64,000 bases of DNA from Geobacter metallireducens GS-15 (GCF_000012925.1 NC_007517.1:70351-134350), one strand, 5' to 3'; counted from the stretch's first letter, positions 41,868-53,326 are shown. Made by a program: numbers and translations. Notes: generated by a model from the sequence alone, not told the origin.

Positions 41868-44096
41868 TCAAACCCGCTCCAACCCTGCAAACCGCACCAA
41901 CAGCTTCTTCGGCCCCACGGAGTTGAACCAGACGATCACCTTCTGGTCGTCCCCCTTCCCCTCGATCTTGCGGATGACGCCGACGCCGAACTTGCCGTGG
42001 CGCACCTTCATGCCGAGCCAGATGCCGCCGTCCTCGGGCTCGTCGGGGATCACCTCGATGTCGTCGAAATCGGGCTCGATCTCCGTTTCGAAGATGCTCG
42101 CCAGGTTGTGGCGCGTCGGTTCGGCGGCTGTTGTCTCCCGCTCCAGCCCCCGTCCTGCGCCGAAGCCGAAGGAGGACTGGTACTCGTCTTCCAGATCCAG
42201 GAGATCCCGGGGAACGTCGGCGATGAAGCGGGACGACATGTTCACCTGGTCCTGGCCGAAGAGTCGCCGGCGGCGGGCGTTGGTGAGGATCAGCCGCTCC
42301 CTCGCCCGGGTCATCCCCACGTAGCAGAGGCGCCGCTCCTCCTCCATGGCCTCGGGGTCGTCCAGGGAGCGGACGTGTGGGAAAAGCTTCTCCTCCATTC
42401 CGATCATGAATACCACTGGGAATTCGAGCCCCTTGGCCGCGTGGAGGGTCATGAGGGTGGCCGATTCCCGCTTCCCCTCGCCCCGCTCCAGATCCGACAC
42501 GAGGGCCACCTGCTCCAGGAAGGCGGCCAGGGTCTTCTCGTCGCTCGTTCGCTCGAACTCCTCCATGGCGGAACAGAGTTCCTGGAGGTTGTCGAGGCGG
42601 TCCTGGGCCTCGTCGCTCCGCTCTTCCTTCAGTTTGGCGGCGTAGCCGGTCCCGTCGATGATGCGGGAGGCGAGCTCCGACAGGGGTACCGTGCCGGCGA
42701 GGCCGGCAAACTGCTCCATGAGTGCCATGAAGCCGGCGATTTTCCCCCGGGGGCCGGTGGAGAGGAGTCCGCTGGTGGACGCCTCGCTGAAGGCGTCGTA
42801 GAGAATGATCCCCTTGCGGAATGCCAGCTCCGCCACCTTGTCCACGGTGGCGTGGCCGATACCCCGGGCCGGGACGTTGATGATCCGCTTGAGGGACACC
42901 TCGTCGGCGGGGTTCACGAGGACCTTCAGGTAGGCGAGGATGTCCTTTACCTCCATCCGCTCGTAGAACCGCATCCCCCCCACCATGTGGTAGGGAATCC
43001 CGTCGGCCACCATGGCGTCCTCGATGACCCGGGACTGGGCGTTGGTCCGGTAGAAGACCGCCACGTCCCGCAGATCCCCGCCGCGCCGCACATGCTTCTC
43101 CACCTCCCGGCAGACGAAGCGGGCCTCCTCCCGCTCGTCGGAGAGGCGCCGGTAGACAATGGCCTCGCCGGCCGGGTTCTCGCTCCAGAGGGTCTTGGCC
43201 TTGCGGCCGCGGTTTTTGGCCACCACGGCCCCGGCCGCGGCCAGGATGTTTTGGGTGGAACGGTAGTTCTGCTCCAGCTTAACTGTGACCACGCCGGGAA
43301 AATCCTTCTCGAAGTCGAGGATGTTCCGGATGTCGGCCCCCCGCCACCGATAGATTGACTGGTCATCGTCCCCCACCACGCAGAGGTTGCGCCGCTCCCC
43401 GGCCAGAAGCCGCACGAGCCGGTACTGAATCGGGTTCGTATCCTGATACTCGTCCACAAGGATCCAGCGATATTTGTCCCGGTAGCGGGCCAGCACCTCG
43501 GGGTGCTCTTCTAAGAGACGGACCGTCAGCATGAGGAGATCGCCGAAGTCCAGGGCGTTGCACTTCTTCAGCCGCTCCTGGTAGGCGCCGTAGACCCGGG
43601 CCAGCATCTCGCCGGTGTAGTCGCCGGTGGGGATCTCCCCGGGGGGGATGCCCCGGTTCTTGCAGTCGTCGATGGCGGCGGCAAAGGAGCGGGCCGGGAA
43701 GCGTTTCTCGTCCAGGCCGAGGCCGGCGATCACCTCCTTCAGAAGCTTTTCCGCGTCCTTGTCGTCGTAGATAGCGAAGGAGGAGTCATACCCCAGGTGG
43801 TGGATATCGCGGCGCAGGAACCGGGCGCAGGTGGAGTGGAAGGTGGCGATGAGGGGAGCCTCGCCGGCTCCCACGAGCCGCTCCACCCGCTCCCGCATCT
43901 CGCCGGCGGCCTTGTTGGTGAAGGTAACCGCCAGAATCTGCCACGGGGGGACGCCGAGGTTGCAGATCAGGTGAGCGATACGGTGGACGATGACCCGGGT
44001 CTTGCCGGATCCGGCTCCGGCCAGAACCAGGAGCGGCCCCTCGCCGTGGAGAACCGCCTCCTTCTGGGGCGGGTTGAGATTTTTCAGAAGGTCCAT
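41868..44096 (-). CDS. pcrA: ATP-dependent DNA helicase PcrA/UvrD
   Basis: 742 aa. GAGSGKT Walker A and UvrD/Rep helicase motifs throughout. Confidence 0.9.
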   Translation of the reverse strand: MDLLKNLNPPQKEAVLHGEGPLLVLAGAGSGKTRVIVHRIAHLICNLGVPPWQILAVTFTNKAAGEMRERVERLVGAGEAPLIATFHSTCARFLRRDIHHLGYDSSFAIYDDKDAEKLLKEVIAGLGLDEKRFPARSFAAAIDDCKNRGIPPGEIPTGDYTGEMLARVYGAYQERLKKCNALDFGDLLMLTVRLLEEHPEVLARYRDKYRWILVDEYQDTNPIQYRLVRLLAGERRNLCVVGDDDQSIYRWRGADIRNILDFEKDFPGVVTVKLEQNYRSTQNILAAAGAVVAKNRGRKAKTLWSENPAGEAIVYRRLSDEREEARFVCREVEKHVRRGGDLRDVAVFYRTNAQSRVIEDAMVADGIPYHMVGGMRFYERMEVKDILAYLKVLVNPADEVSLKRIINVPARGIGHATVDKVAELAFRKGIILYDAFSEASTSGLLSTGPRGKIAGFMALMEQFAGLAGTVPLSELASRIIDGTGYAAKLKEERSDEAQDRLDNLQELCSAMEEFERTSDEKTLAAFLEQVALVSDLERGEGKRESATLMTLHAAKGLEFPVVFMIGMEEKLFPHVRSLDDPEAMEEERRLCYVGMTRARERLILTNARRRRLFGQDQVNMSSRFIADVPRDLLDLEDEYQSSFGFGAGRGLERETTAAEPTRHNLASIFETEIEPDFDDIEVIPDEPEDGGIWLGMKVRHGKFGVGVIRKIEGKGDDQKVIVWFNSVGPKKLLVRFAGLERV

Positions 44097-44231
44097 GGGA
44101 GTACCTTTTCACACAGTGGAGACTTGGATCAACGGCCCATATTTACGGCCCGGGGGAATTTAGTCAAGAATGTTTGTGGTATAGTTGCCAGGTTAAATAT
44201 CCATCAGCCATGGATTCGAGGAGGAGCCACG

Positions 44232-44741
44232 ATGAAACGGTACTGCACCATCAAGACCCCGTTGGGCGACATGGTGGCGCTGGCGGAGGGGGACGAACTG
44301 AGCGGGCTCTGGTTCACGGATCAGAAGTACGTGCCGGCGGATGCCGGAGACCGGATGCACGACCAGGATCATCCCCTCTTTGCGGAGCTGCGCCGGCAGC
44401 TGGACGCCTATTTCGCCGGCATGCTGCAGACGTTCGACCTGCCGCTGGCGCCCCAGGGGACCCCGTTCCAGATGGCGGTCTGGGAGCTTCTGCGCACCAT
44501 TCCCCCGGGGACGACCACCTCCTACGGCGCCTTGGCTGTCCGCATGGCCCAGGGCAGGGGGGGGCGCATTACGTCGGCCCGGGCGGTGGGGAGCGCGGTG
44601 GGGCGCAATCCCATCGACATCATTATCCCCTGCCACCGGGTGATAGGGGCCGACGGTTCCCTTACCGGCTATGCCGGCGGGCTTAAGCGCAAGGCGGCCC
44701 TCCTGGCCCTGGAGCGGGGCGGCGGGTTGCCGCCGGGTTGA
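44232..44741 (+). CDS. ogt: methylated-DNA--protein-cysteine methyltransferase
   Basis: 169 aa from MKRYCTIK. Active-site IPCHRV and the TSYGALA motif. Confidence 0.85.
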   Translation: MKRYCTIKTPLGDMVALAEGDELSGLWFTDQKYVPADAGDRMHDQDHPLFAELRRQLDAYFAGMLQTFDLPLAPQGTPFQMAVWELLRTIPPGTTTSYGALAVRMAQGRGGRITSARAVGSAVGRNPIDIIIPCHRVIGADGSLTGYAGGLKRKAALLALERGGGLPPG

Positions 44742-44786
44742 TGCCAGGCGGTTCCCCTCCCGCTAAAACTGTGCTAGGGTGAGTCC

Positions 44787-45761
44787 ATGTCGATGGAGTC
44801 ACCTGAACACGAGGCAGCACCCTCTCCCCCCCGCAACCGCACCAAGGAGACGATCCGCGCCATCAAGTGGCGGCTGGGGCTAGTCCTGTTCGCCTTGGTC
44901 GCAATTCCGGTCCTCCTCCTGCCGCGCCGCCTGGCCGTGGGGCTCGGCGCCCGCGGGGGCCGGCTCGTTTTCCTCCTCATGGGGAAGCTGCGGCGCAAGA
45001 CCGTGGCACACATTGAGAGCGCCTATCCCTACCTCGGCACCCTGGAAGAGTGGGACCCCGCCGCCGGCACGCCGGAGGAGATCGCCCGGCGCACCTTCGC
45101 CAACATCGGCCGGACCGCTGTGGAGATCATTAAGCTCTATTTCGGCCAGGGAAAGGGACTTGTCGACCGGACGGAACTGCGGGGATTGGAGCACGTTCGG
45201 GCGGCAAAGGCGCGGGGGAAAGGGGTCATCTTCATCACCGGCCACTGCGACAACTGGGAGCTAGTGGCCCACGCCTTCGGCACCAACGCCGAGGGGATGG
45301 CGGTGGTGGCGAGGCGGCAGAAGTTCGAGCCCCTGACACGGCTGCTGGAACGGCTCCGCAACCGGCACGGCAACAGCATCATCTACTCCGAGGGTGCGGC
45401 CCGGCAGATCTTTTTCCGGCTCCGGAAGAACGCGGCCATCGGCCTTCTCATGGATCAGTCAGTCCCTTTCCACGAGGGGGAGCTGGTGGAGTTCCTCGGA
45501 AGAAAGGCCTGGACCACCACCATGCCGGCCCTCATGGCGGCCAGGACCGGCGCCGCCCTAGTCCCCGGTTTCGGCCACCGGGAGGGGGACCGCCACGTGG
45601 TGGAGTTCTTCCCTGAAATAGCCCCCGATCCTTCCGGCGATCCCATCGCCACCACCCGCCTTCTCAACCGGGCCATCGAGCAGTACATCGCCCGCCACCC
45701 CGACCAGTGGCTCTGGGTCTACAACCGCTGGAAGCGGGTGACCCGGGAGCAGCAAGGCTAG
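44787..45761 (+). CDS. lipid A biosynthesis (Kdo2-lipid IVA) acyltransferase, LpxL/HtrB family
   Basis: 324 aa. N-terminal TM segment, HCDNWE acyltransferase motif. Confidence 0.75.
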   Translation: MSMESPEHEAAPSPPRNRTKETIRAIKWRLGLVLFALVAIPVLLLPRRLAVGLGARGGRLVFLLMGKLRRKTVAHIESAYPYLGTLEEWDPAAGTPEEIARRTFANIGRTAVEIIKLYFGQGKGLVDRTELRGLEHVRAAKARGKGVIFITGHCDNWELVAHAFGTNAEGMAVVARRQKFEPLTRLLERLRNRHGNSIIYSEGAARQIFFRLRKNAAIGLLMDQSVPFHEGELVEFLGRKAWTTTMPALMAARTGAALVPGFGHREGDRHVVEFFPEIAPDPSGDPIATTRLLNRAIEQYIARHPDQWLWVYNRWKRVTREQQG

Positions 45762-46450
45762 GCCGGCCGTCTCCCGGCGGCGTCCTTCAGCTTCTCCATA
45801 TCGAAAATCACCACCCGGCTCCCTTCCACCTCGATGAGCCCCTCCTCCTTCAGCTTCCGGAAGGCCCGTGACAGAGTCTCGCTCACGGTGCCGAGGCGCG
45901 ACGCCAGCTCTCCCTTCTTCATGTCCAGATCCAGGTAGGTCTTTCCCTGGAACGCGGTGGACTTGCGTTCGGCCAGTTCCACCAGGTGGGCGGCGAGGCG
46001 GGCCGGCACCTCGGCGAAGGTGAGCTCCTCGATCTGGCGGGCGAAGCGGCGGAGCATGAGGGAGAGGGAGACGATGAGGTTCAGGGAAAAGCGGGGGTTC
46101 CGCTCCAGGATCCCCATGAACCCCTCCCTCGGAAAGAAGATCGCCTCCCCCTTTTCCGTGGCCCGGGCCTCGGCCGGGTACTTCCCGTCGCCGAAGAAAG
46201 CCGCCTCGGCAAAGGTCTCGCCGGGATGGACGAAATGGAGGACCTTTTCCTTCCCGTCGGGGGACACCTTGCAGAGCTTCATGCTCCCCTGGGCCAAAAG
46301 GTAGAAGCCGCTGGCCGGCTCCCCTTCCGAGAAGAGGGACTCTCCCCGGGCAAAGGGGCGCCGCGTGGCGATGGCCGCCACGTCGGACAGGTTCTCGCCG
46401 TCAAGGCCGGAAAAGAGGAGGGATTTTTTCAGGATCTCGGTTAGTTCCAC
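45758..46450 (-). CDS. Crp/Fnr-family transcriptional regulator
   Basis: cNMP-binding domain with a C-terminal HTH (ASRLGTVSETLSRAFRKL). Start taken at the GTG with RBS aaagga; a TTG start at 46465 is also possible. Confidence 0.8.
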   Translation of the reverse strand: MELTEILKKSLLFSGLDGENLSDVAAIATRRPFARGESLFSEGEPASGFYLLAQGSMKLCKVSPDGKEKVLHFVHPGETFAEAAFFGDGKYPAEARATEKGEAIFFPREGFMGILERNPRFSLNLIVSLSLMLRRFARQIEELTFAEVPARLAAHLVELAERKSTAFQGKTYLDLDMKKGELASRLGTVSETLSRAFRKLKEEGLIEVEGSRVVIFDMEKLKDAAGRRPA

Positions 46451-46476
46451 GGAATATCCTTTCAATATGGATTAGG

Positions 46477-47829
46477 TGTTGAGTGCCACGACATCGTGGA
46501 CAACTTTTTGTGCCATGACATCGTGGACACTCATCTGAATCACCGCAGTTTGTAATCGAATTCCTCGACCTGATTTTTATCCAGGAAGAGTTTCAGTTTC
46601 TGTTCTTTGACATCGATAGTCGCCACCACGTATTCAAGCGCTGTCTCCGGTGGAACCGAGAAGCATTCGCCGAAGATGTTCAGCTTCAGGTCACTGCGGA
46701 TAAGGCGGACAGCATGATATTTTCCGACTTCTGGCTTCTTCAGGCGATGCCTGGGAGGTTCATCCTCAGTCGGGAACCTCAGTTGCACATGCGAGGTGGC
46801 CAGTGCTTTCAGCGGCGTACTCCCCTTTAGCTTGCTGTAGCGATACTTGCTGTTGTGTCGCTGCTCAAAGGTCAGTGAGCCGACTTTCAATTCCTCTTCT
46901 GAAGTCATGATGACTTTGCCGAGGAACCGTTGTTGGTACCGGTCGTTGAACTTTTCGATCATGCCGTTTCTCCATGGTTCAGCCATGGGTATGAACCATG
47001 GTTCGACATCGTTATGCAGGCAAAGACGAATCAGTGGTCCCATGCCGCGGGGATGTGTCGGGCTGCCGAAGAATGACATGGCATTGTCAACCTGGAGTCG
47101 TTCTGGGATGCCTAGTCGTTTCCAGACTTCCCACAAACCGTCAATGACCATCTGACCAGCTTTGGACCGAGATGAGTGCAACCCGCACCTGACGGTTGCT
47201 GTATCGACAACATTCAGGCTGTAGAAGCGAATTGGCCCTGTCAGATAGCATGGACCAACGAGATCAGCTTGGTGCGTCTGGTTCGGCAACGCTGACGGCA
47301 GAACTGGGTAAAGCGTCCCTTTGGCTTCGTATTTGCCGGTGCGCCGATGTGTCAGTTCATTCCTTGCAAGAATCCGATTGATGGTTCTGGTAGAAGGCAA
47401 CGGCTTGACACCCAGGTCCTCCAACTCCCACAGGATGGCCTGTGCACCACAGAACAAGCCCTTGTTGTAGAGATTGAGGCGAACCATTTTGACGATTTCT
47501 TCAATCTCTGCCGTTGTACGGTTCGGCATGGATTGTGGGCATCGGGATCGCTCGTCACTCCATACAGGGTCATCTCCATTCTGGCGAGCAACCCATTTGT
47601 ATAGCCAGGAACGAGACTTGCCGAGTGATGTGCAAATTGATTCCGGGGTTTCGCCGTTTCTGAACCGTTGAACGGCCAACACCCGAAGCTGCTTGTTTTT
47701 ATCTTCCATGAACACCTCCGAGTTTGATGTGGTGTTCACAGAATGCCGTGGCGACTATTCGATTGTCAGAGAACTTTGTCTACGATGTGCTGGCACATTT
47801 TTCTGTCCACGATGTCGTGGCACTCAACA
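46477..47829 (-). mobile_element. IS481-like insertion sequence (1353 bp) with 26-bp perfect terminal inverted repeats and 6-bp ATTAGG target duplication
   Basis: tgttgagtgccacgacatcgtggaca at 46477-46502 is the exact reverse complement of 47804-47829. ATTAGG at 46471-46476 and 47830-47835 flanks the element. A single DDE (rve) transposase ORF lies inside. Confidence 0.8.
46540..47739 (-). CDS. DDE (rve integrase-core) transposase, IS481-family-like
   Basis: 399 aa. N-terminal HTH and an rve catalytic core (HQADLVG...NGMIEKFN). Confidence 0.8.
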   Translation of the reverse strand: MNTTSNSEVFMEDKNKQLRVLAVQRFRNGETPESICTSLGKSRSWLYKWVARQNGDDPVWSDERSRCPQSMPNRTTAEIEEIVKMVRLNLYNKGLFCGAQAILWELEDLGVKPLPSTRTINRILARNELTHRRTGKYEAKGTLYPVLPSALPNQTHQADLVGPCYLTGPIRFYSLNVVDTATVRCGLHSSRSKAGQMVIDGLWEVWKRLGIPERLQVDNAMSFFGSPTHPRGMGPLIRLCLHNDVEPWFIPMAEPWRNGMIEKFNDRYQQRFLGKVIMTSEEELKVGSLTFEQRHNSKYRYSKLKGSTPLKALATSHVQLRFPTEDEPPRHRLKKPEVGKYHAVRLIRSDLKLNIFGECFSVPPETALEYVVATIDVKEQKLKLFLDKNQVEEFDYKLR

Positions 47830-47835
47830 ATTAGG

Positions 47836-49091
<1,256 letters not shown>

Positions 49092-49139
49092 TTTGTTGAC
49101 TGAGAACACGGTTGCTTGTGTTCCAAATACTTTTCAGGG

Positions 49140-49853
49140 TCAGAAATCGACACCAAGCTCCGCAAGTTGTCGCAGGGCCGTGCCGGCCCAGTCCCGGTTG
49201 GCAGCGGGGCTGGCGGGGCTGGGGTGAATGATCCGCCCCACCTCCACGTCAAAGCCCTCCAGGGCCTCGTGGCAGCGCGCCTCGGCGAACGCTCCGACGC
49301 CGATGACCACCCGTGGCCGGAGCAGTACCACGGTCCGGCGCAGGGCCAGGTCACAGGCGGCGAAGAGGGGCTCCTGCTCTCCCCGGCGCAGTTTGTCCGG
49401 GGTGATGTTGCCACCCTCGGCGGTGAGGAAGAGGAGCGGGCAGTAGTTGGCCACGAAAAAGCGGGCAAAAAACCGCTCCGGCGTCCCGAACCGCTCCCGG
49501 ATGAACCCCCAGAGCCGCCGGCCGCTCACCTCGCTCCGCCGGCAGGCAAAGCCGTCGACCCGCTTTTTGGGGTGCTCGCCCGCCGGCCGCGTGACCGTGC
49601 CGTTGATCCCGAGCCACTCCGTCACCACCGCGACCTCCCCGAAGGGGACGCCGGTCTGGGCCATCCCCCAGGGGCCGGGGTTCATGCCGACGAAAAGGAC
49701 TTCCTTGGGAGGGGAGCCGAAGCGGGAGAGATAGGCGACATGGGGCTCCCGGGCGTAGAGGAGGGGATTGTAGACGTGGGCCACCGGCGATGAGAAGGAA
49801 AGCCCCGCCAGGTCAGCGGCAAGGGCATCGGAAATAGCCGCGAGACCGGTCAT
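49140..49853 (-). CDS. uracil-DNA glycosylase superfamily protein (SMUG1-like)
   Basis: 237 aa. GMNPGPWG motif characteristic of SMUG-type UDGs. Confidence 0.7.
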   Translation of the reverse strand: MTGLAAISDALAADLAGLSFSSPVAHVYNPLLYAREPHVAYLSRFGSPPKEVLFVGMNPGPWGMAQTGVPFGEVAVVTEWLGINGTVTRPAGEHPKKRVDGFACRRSEVSGRRLWGFIRERFGTPERFFARFFVANYCPLLFLTAEGGNITPDKLRRGEQEPLFAACDLALRRTVVLLRPRVVIGVGAFAEARCHEALEGFDVEVGRIIHPSPASPAANRDWAGTALRQLAELGVDF

Positions 49854-50893
49854 CGGCCCGCCTCCAGGACCCGCTTGATCCGCTCCTCGGTCACCGGGTG
49901 GGTGGAGAAGTAATCGCCCAGGGATTTTTTCTCCTTCTTCCCCTTCTCCTCCTGCTTCTTCCGGTGCTCCGCTTCCAGGCGGCCCAGCATGGCGGCATAG
50001 CTCTTCAGGGGGATGCCGCGGCGCTTCAGGTAGGCTACCGCGGCGTCGTCGGCCTCCGTCTCGAAGCTGCGGGAATAGGAGGCGTCGACGAGGACCGTGG
50101 GAAGCGTGGCGGCCAGGGAGGTGATGGAGGTGATGTCGCCGGTGATGGCGGCGATAATGAGGCCCGTGGCCGAGTTCTGGAGCACGTGGCGCAGGGCGTG
50201 GCGGTGCCGCACGTGCCCCATCTCGTGGGCCAGGACCCCGATCAGCTCGTCATCGCTTTGGGCAATCTCCACGAGGCGGTCGGTGACGACGATGATCCCC
50301 GACGGCAGCGCCAGGGCATTGGCCCCCAGCTGGTCGCTCCGGCGGAACTCCAGCCGGTAGCCGGCAGCAAAGGGAAGATCCCGGCCCATGCGGGAAAATT
50401 GGGCCGCGATGTCCCGGCGCCGGGCATCGGGGAGCCGGGACGGCGTGAAGACAAGCTTGTCGAGCATCGCCAGGCTCTCCCGCCCCAGGGAGACCTCGGT
50501 GACCGGGGGAACGGCCCGGGCGACCTTGTCAGCCAACGCGGGAATCCCGAAGGCGACAAAGCCCCAGACCACGGCCACCGTCGCCACGAGGGCCACCAGG
50601 GCCAGGGGGAGGCTCCGCTCCCACCGGTGGATGGCTGCCGAGGCGCGCCCTTTCCCCTGGCGCCGCATGAGCTCGTCCACGAAGCGGGTGTCGCTCACCT
50701 CGCAGAGGGCCCCGGACGGGAACCGGACCGAGCGTCGCGCCGTGGAAAGGGGGGAGGAGATGGCGAGGCGGGAGAGCTCCGCAGAGGTCTCAACCCCCTC
50801 CCCGGCCACCAGGAGGCGGTTCCCCTCCAGGGTGAGGCGTACGGTCCGCCGGGCCGAGGTCCGGCCGTCGTAGTAGATGCCTGGGGCCGTCAT
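49850..50893 (-). CDS. M48-family zinc metallopeptidase
   Basis: 347 aa from MTAPGIYY. HEMGH zinc-binding motif and TM segments. The longer ORF prefix was rejected. Its start overlaps the upstream stop. Confidence 0.8.
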   Translation of the reverse strand: MTAPGIYYDGRTSARRTVRLTLEGNRLLVAGEGVETSAELSRLAISSPLSTARRSVRFPSGALCEVSDTRFVDELMRRQGKGRASAAIHRWERSLPLALVALVATVAVVWGFVAFGIPALADKVARAVPPVTEVSLGRESLAMLDKLVFTPSRLPDARRRDIAAQFSRMGRDLPFAAGYRLEFRRSDQLGANALALPSGIIVVTDRLVEIAQSDDELIGVLAHEMGHVRHRHALRHVLQNSATGLIIAAITGDITSITSLAATLPTVLVDASYSRSFETEADDAAVAYLKRRGIPLKSYAAMLGRLEAEHRKKQEEKGKKEKKSLGDYFSTHPVTEERIKRVLEAGR

Positions 50894-52176
50894 CACAGGG
50901 CCACGTCGATCCCGAAGATATCGCCGATCTCCTCGCCGGTGGCGCTCACGTCCCCCTGGAACCCTGCCCGGAACGCCTCCATATCCGCAATCCCCTCGAC
51001 GGAAAGGGTCTCGAACCGGTACCGGGCCAGCCGCACCGACGCCCACGGGATCATGAGTCCGAGGCTCCCCATGATGGCCACGGCGTTGGAGAGATAGAGC
51101 CAGGCCATGTCCCGGACCCGCATCCGGCTCACAAAGCTGCTTCCTGCGATGCCGGTGCTGTTCCAGGTAAGGTTCGCCAGGGCGGTCTGCACGTAGACCA
51201 CGATGAAGAAGTAGAGAAACGGCAGGGTGAAGATCATGAGGGCACCCACCATCATCTGGGTCCGGTGCAGGTCGCCGCCGGCCAGGAGCGCCCCCCCTTC
51301 GGCCAGGGTGGAGATCACGTAGAAGGCCGCCGGCATCACCACCACCAGCAGGAGCACGAGCCACCCAGCCGCCTTCAGGAAGAGGACGTAGTAATCCTTT
51401 CCCGTGGCCGTGAAAGTGAAGGGGGTACGACCGAACGAGCTCCGCTCCACGAGAAACTTCTTCTGGCGATAGATGAGGTAGGGGAAGATGAGCCCCAGCG
51501 TGAACGGCACCAGGAAGGCGAGGCCGGCAAATATTACGTAGGCCTCCTGGTAGTCGTCCCGGAAGGCAAAACGGAGGCTGCGGTAGCTGGAGTTGCGGTT
51601 GTTGAAAAGTCGCGAACGGACCACGAGCCACGGCACCGTCAGGAAGAAAATAGAACCGAGGATCTTGGAGATGCCCGGCGTATACCGGGTTCCGGCCGTG
51701 TAGACGAGAAACGCCAGCACCCCGATGAGCCACCCGCGAAAGAGGGCCTTGGGGTCGGCCAGGTAGTCGAAGGGGCTTCCATCCAGAAGCGTATTGCCAT
51801 AGAAGTAGCGGCGCTTGCGGACCTTGGCCCAGGCCGAGTAGACCCCGAGGGTCACGATCTTCAGAAGCGTGTTGACGATCCAGATGCCGAAATATTCCTT
51901 GGCCGTGCCGGTGAAGGTGAAGCGGAGGGTCCGGGGCTGCGCCGGCCGCCGTGGTTCGGATGGAGCCGACAATGGCGGGACCACTGCCGCCGATTCGCGC
52001 GCGGCTGTCACGGCAGCGGGAGGAGTGCCCCGGTCAGCCGTCCGGGTAAAGATGAAGGTCTCCTTGCAACGGGGACATTTCACCCGCGCCCCGTTGGGTA
52101 CGGTCCCGGCGGGCATCTCCTTCGCGAAGCCACAGTGAGGGCAGCTTACGGTTTCCATGGGAGCCCCCACCGTCAT
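50893..52176 (-). CDS. DUF898 (YjgN-like) membrane protein with N-terminal zinc ribbon
   Basis: 427 aa. CPHCG...CPRCK ribbon followed by multiple TM segments. The ATG at 52176 overlaps the S4 gene stop (ATGA). Confidence 0.7.
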   Translation of the reverse strand: MTVGAPMETVSCPHCGFAKEMPAGTVPNGARVKCPRCKETFIFTRTADRGTPPAAVTAARESAAVVPPLSAPSEPRRPAQPRTLRFTFTGTAKEYFGIWIVNTLLKIVTLGVYSAWAKVRKRRYFYGNTLLDGSPFDYLADPKALFRGWLIGVLAFLVYTAGTRYTPGISKILGSIFFLTVPWLVVRSRLFNNRNSSYRSLRFAFRDDYQEAYVIFAGLAFLVPFTLGLIFPYLIYRQKKFLVERSSFGRTPFTFTATGKDYYVLFLKAAGWLVLLLVVVMPAAFYVISTLAEGGALLAGGDLHRTQMMVGALMIFTLPFLYFFIVVYVQTALANLTWNSTGIAGSSFVSRMRVRDMAWLYLSNAVAIMGSLGLMIPWASVRLARYRFETLSVEGIADMEAFRAGFQGDVSATGEEIGDIFGIDVAL

Positions 52177-52370
52177 TCCACCACGAGCGTTTCACCGCCC
52201 GCCTCGACCCGGTCGCCGACCCGGAGCTTCCTGCCGCGCCGCGTCTCCACCTCGCCGTTCACCCGCACTTCCCCATCGGCGATGATGATTTTCGCCTCGC
52301 CGCCGGAGGCAACGATATTCTCGGCCTTCAGAAAACTATCAAGCTTTATGTATTCGGTTTCGATCTTCAT
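52173..52370 (-). CDS. small S4-domain RNA-binding protein (YbcJ-like)
   Basis: 65 aa from MKIETEY. S4 fold signature. Confidence 0.6.
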   Translation of the reverse strand: MKIETEYIKLDSFLKAENIVASGGEAKIIIADGEVRVNGEVETRRGRKLRVGDRVEAGGETLVVE

Positions 52371-52470
52371 CGTGTTATGGCACTCCCAACGGTATTCGTC
52401 CAAGTTGGTTGTCTTTGTAGCACTTTTTTGTTATGAAGAGGAGATTTTTCACGCCCAAAGGAGATTTGCC

Positions 52471-53034
52471 ATGCTCACCACATCCGACTTCAAGCGGGGC
52501 CTCGTCATCAAGCTCGACGGTGCCCCCTGCGTAATCCTCGACGTCCACTTCCAGTCCCCCTCAGCCCGGGGCGCCAGCACCATGGTCAAGACCAAGTACC
52601 GCAACCTCCTCACCGCCCAGGTGCTGGAGAAGACCTTCCGTTCCGGCGACAAGGTGGAGGAGGCCGACTTCGAGCGCCACAAGGGGCAGTTCCTCTACGC
52701 CGACGGCGACCGAGGGGTATTCATGGATCTCGAAACCTACGAGCAGTTCGAAATGGACGCTGACTCCTTCAGCGCCATCCAGCCCTACCTCCTGGACGGC
52801 ACTGAGGTAACCCTCGGCCTGTTCCAGGAGCGCCTCGTGAGCGTAGATCCGCCCCAAGTGGTAGAACTCACCGTCACCGACACCCCCCCGATCATGAAGA
52901 ACGCCACCGCCACCGCCCAGACCAAGGAGGCCACCCTCGAAACCGGCCTGACCCTCCAGGTCCCCCCCTACCTGGAGGTGGGAGAGAAGATCAAGGTCGA
53001 CACCCGGGACTGCCGGTTCGTATCCCGAGCCTGA
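52471..53034 (+). CDS. efp: elongation factor P
   Basis: 187 aa. KOW-like N-terminus, with Lys in the STMVKTKYRNL loop. Confidence 0.95.
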   Translation: MLTTSDFKRGLVIKLDGAPCVILDVHFQSPSARGASTMVKTKYRNLLTAQVLEKTFRSGDKVEEADFERHKGQFLYADGDRGVFMDLETYEQFEMDADSFSAIQPYLLDGTEVTLGLFQERLVSVDPPQVVELTVTDTPPIMKNATATAQTKEATLETGLTLQVPPYLEVGEKIKVDTRDCRFVSRA

Positions 53035-53091
53035 TTCGCAGAGCAGCGGAGTGAAAATTCCCGAGCCGGCACCGGGAAAATCGAAAAAGGT

Positions 53092-53120
53092 ATTGACACA
53101 ATCCCGGCCAGAGGTTATAA
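53092..53120 (+). promoter_or_regulatory. sigma-70-type promoter for tRNA-Phe (TTGACA-17-TATAAG)
   Basis: -35 at 53092-53097, a 17-nt spacer and -10 at 53115-53120, about 15 nt before the mature tRNA 5' end. Confidence 0.5.
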
Positions 53121-53135
53121 GTTAAAGCTCTTTTC

Positions 53136-53211
<76 letters not shown>

Positions 53212-53220
53212 GAAAAATCA

Positions 53221-53253
53221 AGGCTTCGCGATTTTCTCGCGAGGCCTTTTTTT
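53221..53253 (+). terminator. rho-independent terminator after tRNA-Phe
   Basis: aggcttcgcga / tcgcgaggcct stem followed by a 7-T run. Confidence 0.7.
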
Positions 53254-53286
53254 GTCCCTGGAATTTCCCTCTCCCCAGGCAAACAA

Positions 53287-53326
53287 CAAAAAGAAGGGGT
53301 GGCCAAAAGCCACCCCTTCTTTTTTC
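53287..53326. terminator. bidirectional rho-independent terminator (tRNA-Phe side and cbcL side)
   Basis: gaaggggtggc-caaaa-gccaccccttc hairpin flanked by an A-run and a T-run. It lies about 30 nt past the cbcL stop. Confidence 0.6.
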
